64,000 bases of DNA from Candidatus Latescibacterota bacterium (GTDB lineage: Bacteria; Latescibacterota; UBA2968; GCA-2709665), in NCBI GenBank assembly GCA_965237675.1, contig OZ250150.1, positions 4,896,001-4,960,000 of the forward strand, given 5' to 3'. This document shows positions 49,545-59,333 of this stretch, in pieces. Both the position numbers and the translations under genes were made by a program. Position 1 is the stretch's first letter, and each line of letters opens with the position of its first letter. The notes under the pieces were generated by a model that saw only the letters and a program-made list of their open reading frames with translations, had not been told where the DNA came from and did not search any database.

Positions 49545-52500
49545 ATGTCTGCCAATAAAGGATTGACGTGTATCGCGGCCCTCGCGCTGCTGGCATTCGT
49601 ATGTCATGCCGCTACGGGTTCCAACACGGACGATTCGGCCGCGACAACGCAAGTGATCACCGCCGGTTCTAATGACGACAACGCGCCGCTTCCCGACTTC
49701 GACGGCGACGGCACGGTCGGTTTTGGCGATTTCGTAAAGTTTTCGGCTAAATTCGGCCTGAATGAGGGGGATGACGGTTATCAGGCGCAGTACGATCTGA
49801 ACGGCGACGGCGAAATCGGGTTCGCGGACTTTGTGATCTTTGCGCAACACTTCGGCAAAGAGGCGCCTTCACCTGTTCTCTCGATTCCCGACGCCAACCT
49901 GCGGGCGGTAATTGCGGGCAGTCTTGGCAAGGCGAGCGGTGCGTCAATCACTCAGGCGGAGATGGCAACCTTAACGGCCCTTGCGGCGCCGAACGAGAAT
50001 ATCAGCGATCTGACCGGGCTTGAGTTTGCTACAAACCTGAGAGCGTTGAACCTCGGTTCAGTTTTCGAGCCACATAGGGGTGTTATTAACAGCAATCGGA
50101 TATCCAACGTCGCGCCGCTTTCCGGTCTGAACAGCCTGACGTCGCTGAATCTTAGCAGCAACAATATCTCGGACATTTCCGCACTTTCCGGTCTGAACAG
50201 CCTGACGTCGCTGAATCTTAGCAGCAACAATATCTCGGACATTTCCGCACTTTCCGGTCTGAACAGCCTGACGTCGCTGAATCTTGACAACAACAACATC
50301 TCGGATATTTCAGCACTTTCCGGCCTGACCAGCCTGACGTCGCTGTTGCTTGACCTCAACAACATTGCGGATCTTGGGCCTCTGACGGCAAACCCGGGAC
50401 TGGGCAAGGGAGATTATGTTCGCTTAGAGCAAAACCCTCTCAACAGCGTATCCTTAAGTACGCACGTGAGTACACTTCGGGCAAGGGAGATCCGTGTAGC
50501 CATAACGTCAGTGTCTATTCAATCGTTTGAGGTGAGCGATGACAGCCTGACGGCCGGGCAGTCGTTCACGCTGGAGACAACGGTACGCAACCACGGGGAT
50601 GATCCATTTGGTGAAAGGCTATATTATTACCGCTCGAACGACGCCACGATCGACAGTTCCGACGTGAATATCTATATTGATTTTAACTCGATAGACAGAC
50701 TGGAAGCCTTGGCCACCCGGACGGTGTCGGTTGATCTGAGAGCCCCGCCGTATGAGGGCACGTACTACTACGTGGTCTGCATCGGCGGTGATCGGCGGAT
50801 GTGCTCCTCCGGCGTTCGCGTGGCGGTCGACGGCAATCTGGGCGGCACACCGGATCTGGAGGTCAGGTCTGTATCTGTCAGCCATGGGAGCGTATCGCCC
50901 GGCACTCCGGTGACATTCTACATGGAGGTTTGGAATATAGGTACAGGTCCAGCCGCCGGGACGGTATACAGCTGGTACCTATCAGACGACGCGATCATCG
51001 ACGCCGACGACAAGACACTATTGACCTATCCCATCCGTCCAGGGGGTCTACTCTCGGTCACGAGTAAACAGGCTAGTTCGAGATATACTTCTTGGACGCC
51101 GTTAGAGCCAGGCACGTACTACTACGGGATTTGCGTGCGGCCCACTCTTGGCGAGACCAATACGGAAAACAATTGCTCCACTGGCGTACCCGTCGTTGTG
51201 GAAGACCGGGAAGGGAGCCCCGACCTGATCGTCGTATCGCCTGCGATCCTCGATCACAAGCCAGCGGCTGGGAAGTTCCGCCTGTGGGCGACGGTGCGGA
51301 ACACAGGATCCAGGCCATCCACCGCGACGGTGTTACGCTACTATCTCTCGCACGACGCAACCATCGACCGCAACGACATTCAAGTCCGCATCGATGGCGT
51401 AATCTCACTCGCTGTTGACGGGTCCTCAGGATATCCCGCCGTTTACCATCCGTATACTTCGCATCATTTCGTGACAGCGCCCACGAGTCCAGGCACGTAC
51501 TACTACGGCGCCTGCGTCGACCCCGTACCCGACGAGAGCGATTCGAACAACAACTGTTCGGAGGCGGTGCCTATGAACGTTGGGGTCCCGGACCTGGCCG
51601 TCGCCTTGCCTGTGGTCAGCACGAGCGTACCGCTGGCGGGACAGTCGTTCGCACTGACGGCGACCGTGAGAAACCAGGGCCCCAACGCAGCCGGTTCAAC
51701 GACGCTTCGTTACTACCGCTCGGACGACGCGGCCATCGACGCCGCCGACACGCCGGTCGGCACGGTCGCTGTCAGCAGCCTTACGGGCTGCGACGGCCTG
51801 GTCAGCGGACCCGGCAGCCGCCTTGCCGCCTCCGGTACTCGTCGGCAGTCCATTAGTGTGAGTGCGCCTTCCAGCCCGGGAACGTACTACTATGGCGCCT
51901 GCGTCGATGGCGTCTCCGGGGAGGCCAATGCGGACAACAACTGCTCCACCGGCGTATATGTCCGGGTCGTCTCTGCCGGGCAGGACCCTTTCAACATCGA
52001 ACTCGTCTTCGTCAGCGACTTCACCGACGCCCGCAAGGACGTGATGCGGCAAGCGGCCAGGCATTGGGAGACCATCATTTCAGAAGGCCCGCCGGCTGTA
52101 GACTTTTCGTCCAATACCCACAGTCTCAGTTTTAGGGATACGACAATTGTCGTTGGCGATTCGGTGGACGACCTGCGGATCTTCATCTACAAACATCCTA
52201 TTATGCCTTTGGGAGCCGGGGGGCCGACCTATGTGCGGTCAGGCAATCCGACAGGCCTGCCGGCCGTAGGCCGTGTATGGATAGGCTCGCCAGGCCTTGA
52301 CCGCTTTCAGGCTACAGAGCCACTTTGGATCGAAGAGCGCCTCCTGCGGGACCTGATGCTCCACGAGACAGCACATGTTTTGGGATTCGGGACGCTGTGG
52401 GAGGCGTTGGGCTTGCGCCAGGACACGCCGGGCGACGCACACTTCAGCGGTGAGCTGGCCATTCAGGCGTTCAATGCCGCAGGCGGCGAGGACTACAGCG

Positions 52501-52859
52501 GGAGCAAGGTTCCCGTGGAATATGAAGGCCCGTTTACGGCGTGTTCGGGACCCGCTCATTGGAGGCCTGAAGTGTTTCGGGGCAACGCGCGCGAATTTGG
52601 GGCCGAAATAATGGAATCGACGATCGAGAGGGAGCACAGACTCAGTGCCATCACCATCCAGTCCGTCGCAGACCTCGGCTACGTCGTGGATGTCAGTCGG
52701 GCCGATCCGTATAAGCTCCCCGCATCGATTGGCGCCGCGCAGCCCCGCCCGTCAAGCGCCAAGCCTGTCGCCAGCCTTGCCTTCGATCTGGAAGTGCTTG
52801 GACCGATCTACGTAGGGGATGAGCAGGGGCGCATCAGCCACACCATATTCAGCGACTGA
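49545..52859 (+). CDS. Secreted protein: N-terminal dockerin-like module, internalin-type LRR, ~4 CARDB-like domains, leishmanolysin (M8)-like metallopeptidase
   Basis: AAGGAGG before ATG 49545; IPDANLR cap and 22-aa LRRs; repeated TVRN.G..YY.S.DA.ID..GTYYYG.C; HETAHVLGF..AHW..EIM..SAITIQSVADLGY. Confidence 0.9.
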   Translation: MSANKGLTCIAALALLAFVCHAATGSNTDDSAATTQVITAGSNDDNAPLPDFDGDGTVGFGDFVKFSAKFGLNEGDDGYQAQYDLNGDGEIGFADFVIFAQHFGKEAPSPVLSIPDANLRAVIAGSLGKASGASITQAEMATLTALAAPNENISDLTGLEFATNLRALNLGSVFEPHRGVINSNRISNVAPLSGLNSLTSLNLSSNNISDISALSGLNSLTSLNLSSNNISDISALSGLNSLTSLNLDNNNISDISALSGLTSLTSLLLDLNNIADLGPLTANPGLGKGDYVRLEQNPLNSVSLSTHVSTLRAREIRVAITSVSIQSFEVSDDSLTAGQSFTLETTVRNHGDDPFGERLYYYRSNDATIDSSDVNIYIDFNSIDRLEALATRTVSVDLRAPPYEGTYYYVVCIGGDRRMCSSGVRVAVDGNLGGTPDLEVRSVSVSHGSVSPGTPVTFYMEVWNIGTGPAAGTVYSWYLSDDAIIDADDKTLLTYPIRPGGLLSVTSKQASSRYTSWTPLEPGTYYYGICVRPTLGETNTENNCSTGVPVVVEDREGSPDLIVVSPAILDHKPAAGKFRLWATVRNTGSRPSTATVLRYYLSHDATIDRNDIQVRIDGVISLAVDGSSGYPAVYHPYTSHHFVTAPTSPGTYYYGACVDPVPDESDSNNNCSEAVPMNVGVPDLAVALPVVSTSVPLAGQSFALTATVRNQGPNAAGSTTLRYYRSDDAAIDAADTPVGTVAVSSLTGCDGLVSGPGSRLAASGTRRQSISVSAPSSPGTYYYGACVDGVSGEANADNNCSTGVYVRVVSAGQDPFNIELVFVSDFTDARKDVMRQAARHWETIISEGPPAVDFSSNTHSLSFRDTTIVVGDSVDDLRIFIYKHPIMPLGAGGPTYVRSGNPTGLPAVGRVWIGSPGLDRFQATEPLWIEERLLRDLMLHETAHVLGFGTLWEALGLRQDTPGDAHFSGELAIQAFNAAGGEDYSGSKVPVEYEGPFTACSGPAHWRPEVFRGNAREFGAEIMESTIEREHRLSAITIQSVADLGYVVDVSRADPYKLPASIGAAQPRPSSAKPVASLAFDLEVLGPIYVGDEQGRISHTIFSD

Positions 52860-53114
52860 AATGCGCTTGCAGCGTCGACGGTAGGATATTGGCTTGCCGG
52901 CGGCGGAGACAGGGCCGTTTGCTTCTGGGAGGCGAAGCCATCCAGTCCTAATGAACTATCTCAAAATTGAAATTGCTATATCTCGCAAAACGCTCAGCCA
53001 GGCCGAAGTGGTCGACAGGGATCCGGGCGGAGACGGTCAGGGAGATACCCGTTGACCGGAATGACCGTGGACCAAATTGACCAGCGATCAATGGATATAC
53101 AGGAGGACTATACC

Positions 53115-55406
53115 ATGTCATACCGGTTCAAGTTTCGTGCCATGACCTACAATCTGCACCTGTTCGGAAACAGCTTGGGAGCAATTGACAATTACGTGGA
53201 CGTCGCTAGTACCTTGGGCATCGCGGACCCGTTGACGTTCTACGACGATCAGCGACTCTCAGAGTTTATTTACATCATCCGCAACAAACTCCACCGACCC
53301 CCCGACGTCATCGGCTTGACTGAAGTTTGGGACAAGAGCCTCGCGGAACGCCTCGAAGACGAACTCAGCGACCTCTACCCGCATATCGCGGCTGGGTCTT
53401 ATGTATCCAGCAGGGATGGTGCCATTACATTCTCCCTCCCCGACTTCGATGTGCTTGGGGCCGGCTTGTTGCTAATGAGCAGGTATCCGTTTGATGGCGA
53501 TCCTGTCTTCCATCCCTATATCTCGGAAGCCGGGTTCGACGCTTGGGCGGAAAAGGGTGTGTTAGCAGCCAAAATCCAGGTTCCAGACATCGCCGCGACT
53601 GTCGGCGTCTTGCTGACCCACCTCCAGGCCGATAGCGACGAAGCCGATATACGCCGCGACCAGCTAGCAGAGCTAGCCTCCGTTGCTGCCGGGCTTCGCC
53701 TGTCCAGTCCGCGCATGGCACTGATCACAATGGGTGACTTCAACGTGATAGGCGAAGATAGCAATGGCCAGCAAACCAACGAGTACAGGCGTATGATCGA
53801 ACAGTTGGGACTCTCTGACACCTGGCGGGTCCAGCACCCCGACGATCCGGGCGTGACCTACGCCGGGGAAATCAACGACCTCAGCAAAATCTTCGACGAA
53901 GATAACACCAGCCAGAAACGGCTCGACTACATCTTCTACGACCCGAGCCCGTCCTATTATGTGGACTGCGAGCCAACGCTCTGCGAATTGTTGAAGTACC
54001 GGAGCACAGAAGAAATCGGCGGCGAAAATGTCCGCGATATCTCGGACCACTATGGCCTCCTCGCCGAGTACGGCATTGAAGTTCGCCCGTTCGGTACAAT
54101 CACCTACCACGTTGATGTCCATCCAGATATGCCGAATATCGAGACGCCAGCCTTGCGCTCCCTCCTGGCATGGATGGAAAAGGCCGCCATCGGATATGCC
54201 CGGGTGGATCCCACCGAAGAGGCCCCCATAATTCGCGTCGGTTTTGCGGCAGACAATGACTTTCAGGCCGGTCAGCCGGTGATCGAGCGGCTCGGGCGTG
54301 CACACATGAATCCCCGGCCTCTGCTCAATGACCACGGCGATCCGTGGCTTTGGGGATTGGGTTATGATCCGCAGGCGCGTCAATTGGATTTGGCCTACGC
54401 CCTCCAGCACTTTATCGGACTCGCCCTGCACAGTGTGTCACCGCGGGCTAATTTAGTGAAAGCACCACTTGACGAACAGAACGCAGTTTCGAAGTCCGTG
54501 ATGCTTCCCTACCAATCGGAGAGGGAGTTGGTTGATGGCTATGGTCAGCCCGATCCCGATCATCTCAACCATCTGACGAATAGCGACATTGAATATATTA
54601 CGGCGTTGTACGGCAGGCGGACTGAACTGTTTGATTGGCGAGACAAGGTGCAGGCACTTCAAAATAACGATCTCATCAGAACCATCTTGGAGTCGGGGCT
54701 CACTGGTACGAACGGGCTTATCGCACAGAACATCGTTCACATCGATAGACAGATCGCGGAGGTGCAAGCAGAAATTCCGATTGATGCCGAAGTATATATT
54801 CACGAACTTTTCTGGACTGGTGGCATTAATGACTGGGGGTTTTGGGAAGACGAGGAGATTCGTTTCATTCTCACCGCCGAACAGGGTGAAGACCCACACA
54901 CAAAGGAAAAAAGAAACGTGGGATATTACCCCTACCCTTCAAGTGACGGAGAATACGAAATCAAGTCTGAAAATCCGGTTCTCGTCCCCGTCCGCTTCAA
55001 CCCTTTTCGGATCAATCACATCCTACCAGATCTTACTCTGACGTTGAAAGTCACCGAGTTGGACAGCTGGTTCAACGGATGCAACAAAGATCATATACAA
55101 GCCAGAAAACTCGCCGACTTGACCTATAGAAAACCCAACGAGTTGAACCGTGCCCTGGATGAACTGCGTTCCCTTAGCGCTCCTTCCTCCTATCCATTAG
55201 AACTGAAGCAAATCGATCATGCGGGAAAGTGGCGAGCCAAACTCGAGGTAGTCCTCTGGCCCGGTAGCAAAAAAGAAGTGGTTTCACTGAATACTGAACG
55301 CACCAAACAACAGAAGACCCTCAATCGGCTCCGCAGAAGTTTCGGACGCGACCTCGTTGCGGCCCTCAGTAGTCAACTGGACCAAACCTTAGGAGGTCCG
55401 TCATGA
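53115..55406 (+). CDS. EEP-family (sphingomyelinase-like) phosphodiesterase fused to a degenerate matrixin-like domain and an unknown C-terminal domain
   Basis: AGGAGG RBS; TYN, GLTEVW, KG, THLQ, GDFN, RLDYIF, SDH; then LQHFIGLAL..SVMLPY..DIEYITALYG. Confidence 0.82.
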   Translation: MSYRFKFRAMTYNLHLFGNSLGAIDNYVDVASTLGIADPLTFYDDQRLSEFIYIIRNKLHRPPDVIGLTEVWDKSLAERLEDELSDLYPHIAAGSYVSSRDGAITFSLPDFDVLGAGLLLMSRYPFDGDPVFHPYISEAGFDAWAEKGVLAAKIQVPDIAATVGVLLTHLQADSDEADIRRDQLAELASVAAGLRLSSPRMALITMGDFNVIGEDSNGQQTNEYRRMIEQLGLSDTWRVQHPDDPGVTYAGEINDLSKIFDEDNTSQKRLDYIFYDPSPSYYVDCEPTLCELLKYRSTEEIGGENVRDISDHYGLLAEYGIEVRPFGTITYHVDVHPDMPNIETPALRSLLAWMEKAAIGYARVDPTEEAPIIRVGFAADNDFQAGQPVIERLGRAHMNPRPLLNDHGDPWLWGLGYDPQARQLDLAYALQHFIGLALHSVSPRANLVKAPLDEQNAVSKSVMLPYQSERELVDGYGQPDPDHLNHLTNSDIEYITALYGRRTELFDWRDKVQALQNNDLIRTILESGLTGTNGLIAQNIVHIDRQIAEVQAEIPIDAEVYIHELFWTGGINDWGFWEDEEIRFILTAEQGEDPHTKEKRNVGYYPYPSSDGEYEIKSENPVLVPVRFNPFRINHILPDLTLTLKVTELDSWFNGCNKDHIQARKLADLTYRKPNELNRALDELRSLSAPSSYPLELKQIDHAGKWRAKLEVVLWPGSKKEVVSLNTERTKQQKTLNRLRRSFGRDLVAALSSQLDQTLGGPS

Positions 55407-58400
55407 CAGCATGGATCCCTATTGAGGAGATCGAAGGCGTGGGCACCATATATGGTGCCCGGCTCAGGGCAAACGGTATCCGCACCCTGAGCGAACTTCG
55501 CTATGCTACCGTCGAGGATATTGACGAGGCGACGGGAGCAGGAAGACGGCGTACCCGGGCATGGAAGATCCAGGCATGGCTGATGGAGACCGGCATGTCC
55601 AAACACGCCGCCGAGGTCATTGTGTCGGCAGGCGTCGCTGGCACGCTGTGGGAGTTCGCCGCCGCCGATCCGGATGACATTGTGGCTGCTGTTCAGAGGG
55701 CCCAGCGGGACCCCAGCTCCCGGATTAACAAGATTCCAGACGGGGAGCGCATCGACATCACCCGCTCGCTGACCAAACACTGGCAGCAAATAGCATTGGC
55801 CGCGTTGAACTTCAATCCCTCAAACCCCTGTCCAACCTCTGTCTCTGTTGACAATGCTTCCATAACCAGCGCAATCGAGCGTGCAGTGGACACAACACTT
55901 GGCGATATCCCTTCCGTCCCGAATGAGTATCGCCTCTATATCCGCGATCAATTGGTCGATGTCTGTCGTGACCACGTGTTAGGCGCACCGACTGATGAGG
56001 ACACAATGCACGTTCTTCGGCTGCTTGCCGACCAACCTCTGATCCTCGCGGACGAGATACTGAAATACCTCGATCTCTGGCCCGCGGAGTCCTGGCTTCG
56101 TCATCTGGCCCAGCGCGAGACCACCAATGTCACCCATTTTACGCTCGCGGACCCCGAGCGCGTTCGGCGAGAGCTTTTCCGAGGAATATCGCCCGCGAGG
56201 ATCAGTGCCATATTCACCCCCTTGTTGGACCGAGAGCTCCGGGCGCAGGGGGTAGAGACGTTGTTCGCGATCACTGACGAGCTCCAGCATTCTCTATCGG
56301 ATCCCGGATCACACGCGCTGGGAGGATGGGAAGGTAGGATCGCTGGACTTGACGGCACCGGTGTCCAACTAGGCTTAGTGGGACACAGTTGGGACCGCAC
56401 ACATACAGCATTTACCAACGCGGACTTGACATCAGGTGATGCGCCCGAGCCCAACTCTCCATGGATCGGACTCGATACGGCGGTGTTGTCCCAGATCGCC
56501 GCAACCCCCTTACCTGCTCAGGAAACGATCGCTCTTCCCGCGCTTGGACCTGCGGGTATTGCCCCGTCCGCTCAGATCACCTTGTTCGCTGCTGAATCGA
56601 CTGGTACCGCGCTGGCTTCAACCATTGACCAGGCCAGTGTCGCCCTGGGCGCGGGTGCCGTGCTGCTCGTGCCTCGAACCTGCGTCGGCGTCGTCCGAGG
56701 CCCTGGCGTCCACACGCTGGTCGATCTACCTCTCCCTGCCAATCCAGAAATCCACGCTGCCCTGCTACGTGCCGCTGAAGCAGGCCTCGTTGTGATCGTG
56801 CCTGCCGGTATCGGTGGTCGCATCTTGGCAAACCTGCCCATTGATGAACTTCTCGTTGATCCCGTAGGGTCCCCGCCCGCTGGATTTTTCCCGGTCATCG
56901 GTCCCGCTGCCGAACCAGGCGTCGGTGTTCGGCTTGCCGAGTGCTCGTCTGCGGGAGTGATGGTCGTGGGGACCTCATCACACTGGTCCAATAAGGGTGC
57001 CGATATAATTCGCGTCCCCGACATTCCCTTCACGGTGGCGGGTGGGACGGAGCGCGTTGTCGCGGGTGCCGGATTCACTGCAGGTTGGCATGGCCCGCAC
57101 GCGGGCGCGGCTACCGCGGCCGGCTTGGCGGTGCTTGCCATCCAGGCCACCATGTCGCACGGGAACGACGTTACCCTCGAACCCATCCGCGATCTGCTTC
57201 AGCGATACACTGTGCCGTCGTGGGCCACAGTCCCCAAGCGCCTCGCTACCCGAGGCCTCCGGCACACAGCAGGCATCTGCGCGTTTGGCGTCGTCACCGG
57301 AGATACGTTGACTTCCGGTAAACTGGCCACGCACGATCTGTCGGCCGCGAGCCTTTTGAGAAAACTCGCTGGGTTGCCGCTAGAGTCTTTTCCGACTGCG
57401 TCGTATGGATATAATCCAAGTCGGCGGCGCTCCATAAAAAGATCCGCCGACTTGCCTCTGAGAATCTATTCCAATCCAGTCACACAGCCACAACCCGAAA
57501 CCGAAATCTGGTCAGCAGCTATGGTAGTAGGGACTTGGGGGAATGCCTTCGGCAATGGCAATGCTACTGGCCACGGCTATCGTCCCCCCGATAATGCAGG
57601 TAGCCTATCGGACGCATCTTTCACGCATAGAGGAACAACTTACACAATTCGAGGAATAGGGACTGCTCGTATTGACAGGAATACACCCTATAGCATGGGA
57701 GTAGGAATCAGCCCTAAATTTCAATCAGGTGATAAATCCCGCTTAACGTTCTATGTAGGAGATTCAAAATACAGTTTATCTGATTCAGGTGAAGGTTACG
57801 GTCATTTTGGATCGAGTAGGACCTATCTATGGGGGAACAATCTTCCTTTCTGGAACCCACGTCAACAGATCGCTGTAAGGATCACTTTCCAACCGACCGT
57901 CCCGGATGCGCCCGTTCTGACGGCCATCAACGAAGAAAATCAGGTAAGGCTGTTCTGGTCTTCTCCTTACGACGGGGGCTGTACTATTATCCGCCACGAC
58001 TACCGTCAAAAGGTGGGAGATGAGCCGTTCAGCCGATGGATGGCGATCCCCACGAATGCCGCCGGTGAAACGAATACCAATAGCTACACCGTAGCTGATC
58101 TGGACGACCCTACGGAATGCGTTTTCGAGGTTCGAGCAGTGAACATAGCGGGTACGGGGGCAGGCTCTAACCAGGCCTGCGTCATCGAGCCGATCGTTCC
58201 GGTCTGCGATCGCACCGCGCAAGTACGCGATGCAATCGTGGCAGCAGCGGGTGTAAGTGATTGCGACGATGTGACGCCAGCGCATCTGGCCGCGATTGAA
58301 AGGCTCGATCTAAGAAACCAGGGCATTACGGCGCTGCAAGTGGGTGATTTTTCCGGTTTGTCTGCTTTGATACGGCTCTGGCTGGGTCGCAACCAGTTAA

Positions 58401-58873
58401 GCAGCCTTCCTAAGGGCGTCTTTGACGGACTGCCAGCTCTGACATTTCTTGGTCTGCAATTCAACCAGTTGAGTCGCTTGGAAGACGGCGTGTTGACGGG
58501 TTTGTCGGCCCTAGAGCGGCTCTTTCTGGCTGGCAACTCGGTCACCCCCTTGCCGATTACTATTTCCCTGGAATCGGCAGGTGAAGGTCAGTTCAAGGCC
58601 ACGGCACCTACCGGCGCGCCGTTTGAGATTGTCCTGCCGATACGTGTCATCGGCCCTGGTACAATTGAAGGTGGGGCAAATAGCCTCACAATTGCGGCTG
58701 GCAGCGTGGAAAGCGAGCCCTGCACTGTAACCCGCACGGAAGGCGCGGGTGCCGTTGCCATTGATATCGGTGCCTTGCCGCGGCTACCTGCAAGACATCG
58801 GGGTTACGCTCTCGTCAAATCCGCCGACTTACCGCTGGAAGTCCTGCCGACCAACGCCGAAACCCAGCGGTGA
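55403..58873 (+). CDS. Multidomain protein: HhH/DUF4332-like N-terminus, degenerate subtilase(S8)-like domain, FN3, LRR
   Basis: IEEIEGVGTIYGARLRANGI; GLDGTGVQLG, GIAPSAQI, GLVVIVPAG; PDAP..W..PYDGG..FEVRAVN; VCDRTAQVRDAIV + LRRs. ATGA overlap with the upstream gene. Confidence 0.75.
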   Translation: MTAWIPIEEIEGVGTIYGARLRANGIRTLSELRYATVEDIDEATGAGRRRTRAWKIQAWLMETGMSKHAAEVIVSAGVAGTLWEFAAADPDDIVAAVQRAQRDPSSRINKIPDGERIDITRSLTKHWQQIALAALNFNPSNPCPTSVSVDNASITSAIERAVDTTLGDIPSVPNEYRLYIRDQLVDVCRDHVLGAPTDEDTMHVLRLLADQPLILADEILKYLDLWPAESWLRHLAQRETTNVTHFTLADPERVRRELFRGISPARISAIFTPLLDRELRAQGVETLFAITDELQHSLSDPGSHALGGWEGRIAGLDGTGVQLGLVGHSWDRTHTAFTNADLTSGDAPEPNSPWIGLDTAVLSQIAATPLPAQETIALPALGPAGIAPSAQITLFAAESTGTALASTIDQASVALGAGAVLLVPRTCVGVVRGPGVHTLVDLPLPANPEIHAALLRAAEAGLVVIVPAGIGGRILANLPIDELLVDPVGSPPAGFFPVIGPAAEPGVGVRLAECSSAGVMVVGTSSHWSNKGADIIRVPDIPFTVAGGTERVVAGAGFTAGWHGPHAGAATAAGLAVLAIQATMSHGNDVTLEPIRDLLQRYTVPSWATVPKRLATRGLRHTAGICAFGVVTGDTLTSGKLATHDLSAASLLRKLAGLPLESFPTASYGYNPSRRRSIKRSADLPLRIYSNPVTQPQPETEIWSAAMVVGTWGNAFGNGNATGHGYRPPDNAGSLSDASFTHRGTTYTIRGIGTARIDRNTPYSMGVGISPKFQSGDKSRLTFYVGDSKYSLSDSGEGYGHFGSSRTYLWGNNLPFWNPRQQIAVRITFQPTVPDAPVLTAINEENQVRLFWSSPYDGGCTIIRHDYRQKVGDEPFSRWMAIPTNAAGETNTNSYTVADLDDPTECVFEVRAVNIAGTGAGSNQACVIEPIVPVCDRTAQVRDAIVAAAGVSDCDDVTPAHLAAIERLDLRNQGITALQVGDFSGLSALIRLWLGRNQLSSLPKGVFDGLPALTFLGLQFNQLSRLEDGVLTGLSALERLFLAGNSVTPLPITISLESAGEGQFKATAPTGAPFEIVLPIRVIGPGTIEGGANSLTIAAGSVESEPCTVTRTEGAGAVAIDIGALPRLPARHRGYALVKSADLPLEVLPTNAETQR

Positions 58874-58989
58874 CGATGTCCTTTGGGCGAATCGCGAGGC
58901 GACCAATCTATTGAACCTGGTTCGTACCGAGGGCTATTTTAGGGCACTCAGATATATTTATATATTTTCATGTCCGGTCGGGCACGGTC

Positions 58990-59230
58990 GAAGCCATCGT
59001 TTTGGCTGCTGGGCAATTTTGACGCTGGGGGCCACGATAGGTGTGCGGGCGGCGCGAAAGGCGAAGGTAGCAATCGTGATGCAGCCCGACTTCCCGCAGC
59101 CGACCGGCAGGACGATTCCGACGTCGCGCTCCTTCTCGTCGTGGTCTCCGGCGTAACGGGCAAGCTCGGCGTATGCCTCCCGCTGGGGTGTGCGGAGACG
59201 GGGTTTGTTATTGACCCAGGGTTCGCGGAT
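58990..59230 (-). pseudogene. N-terminal fragment of an SF2 helicase (ResIII/DEAD-like)
   Basis: LRTPQREA Q-motif, LPVGCGKS Walker A, IVAPSVKIAQQ motif Ia; then truncated. Confidence 0.65.
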
Positions 59231-59333
59231 GCGGCATCCAGCCTTGCCCGTAGCTCTCACTGTCATTTTGGTGGGATTCCTTCGAGGTCAGACATCGCAC
59301 CCCCGGTACTTCGCCAACCAAGGGTTCTGTTTC

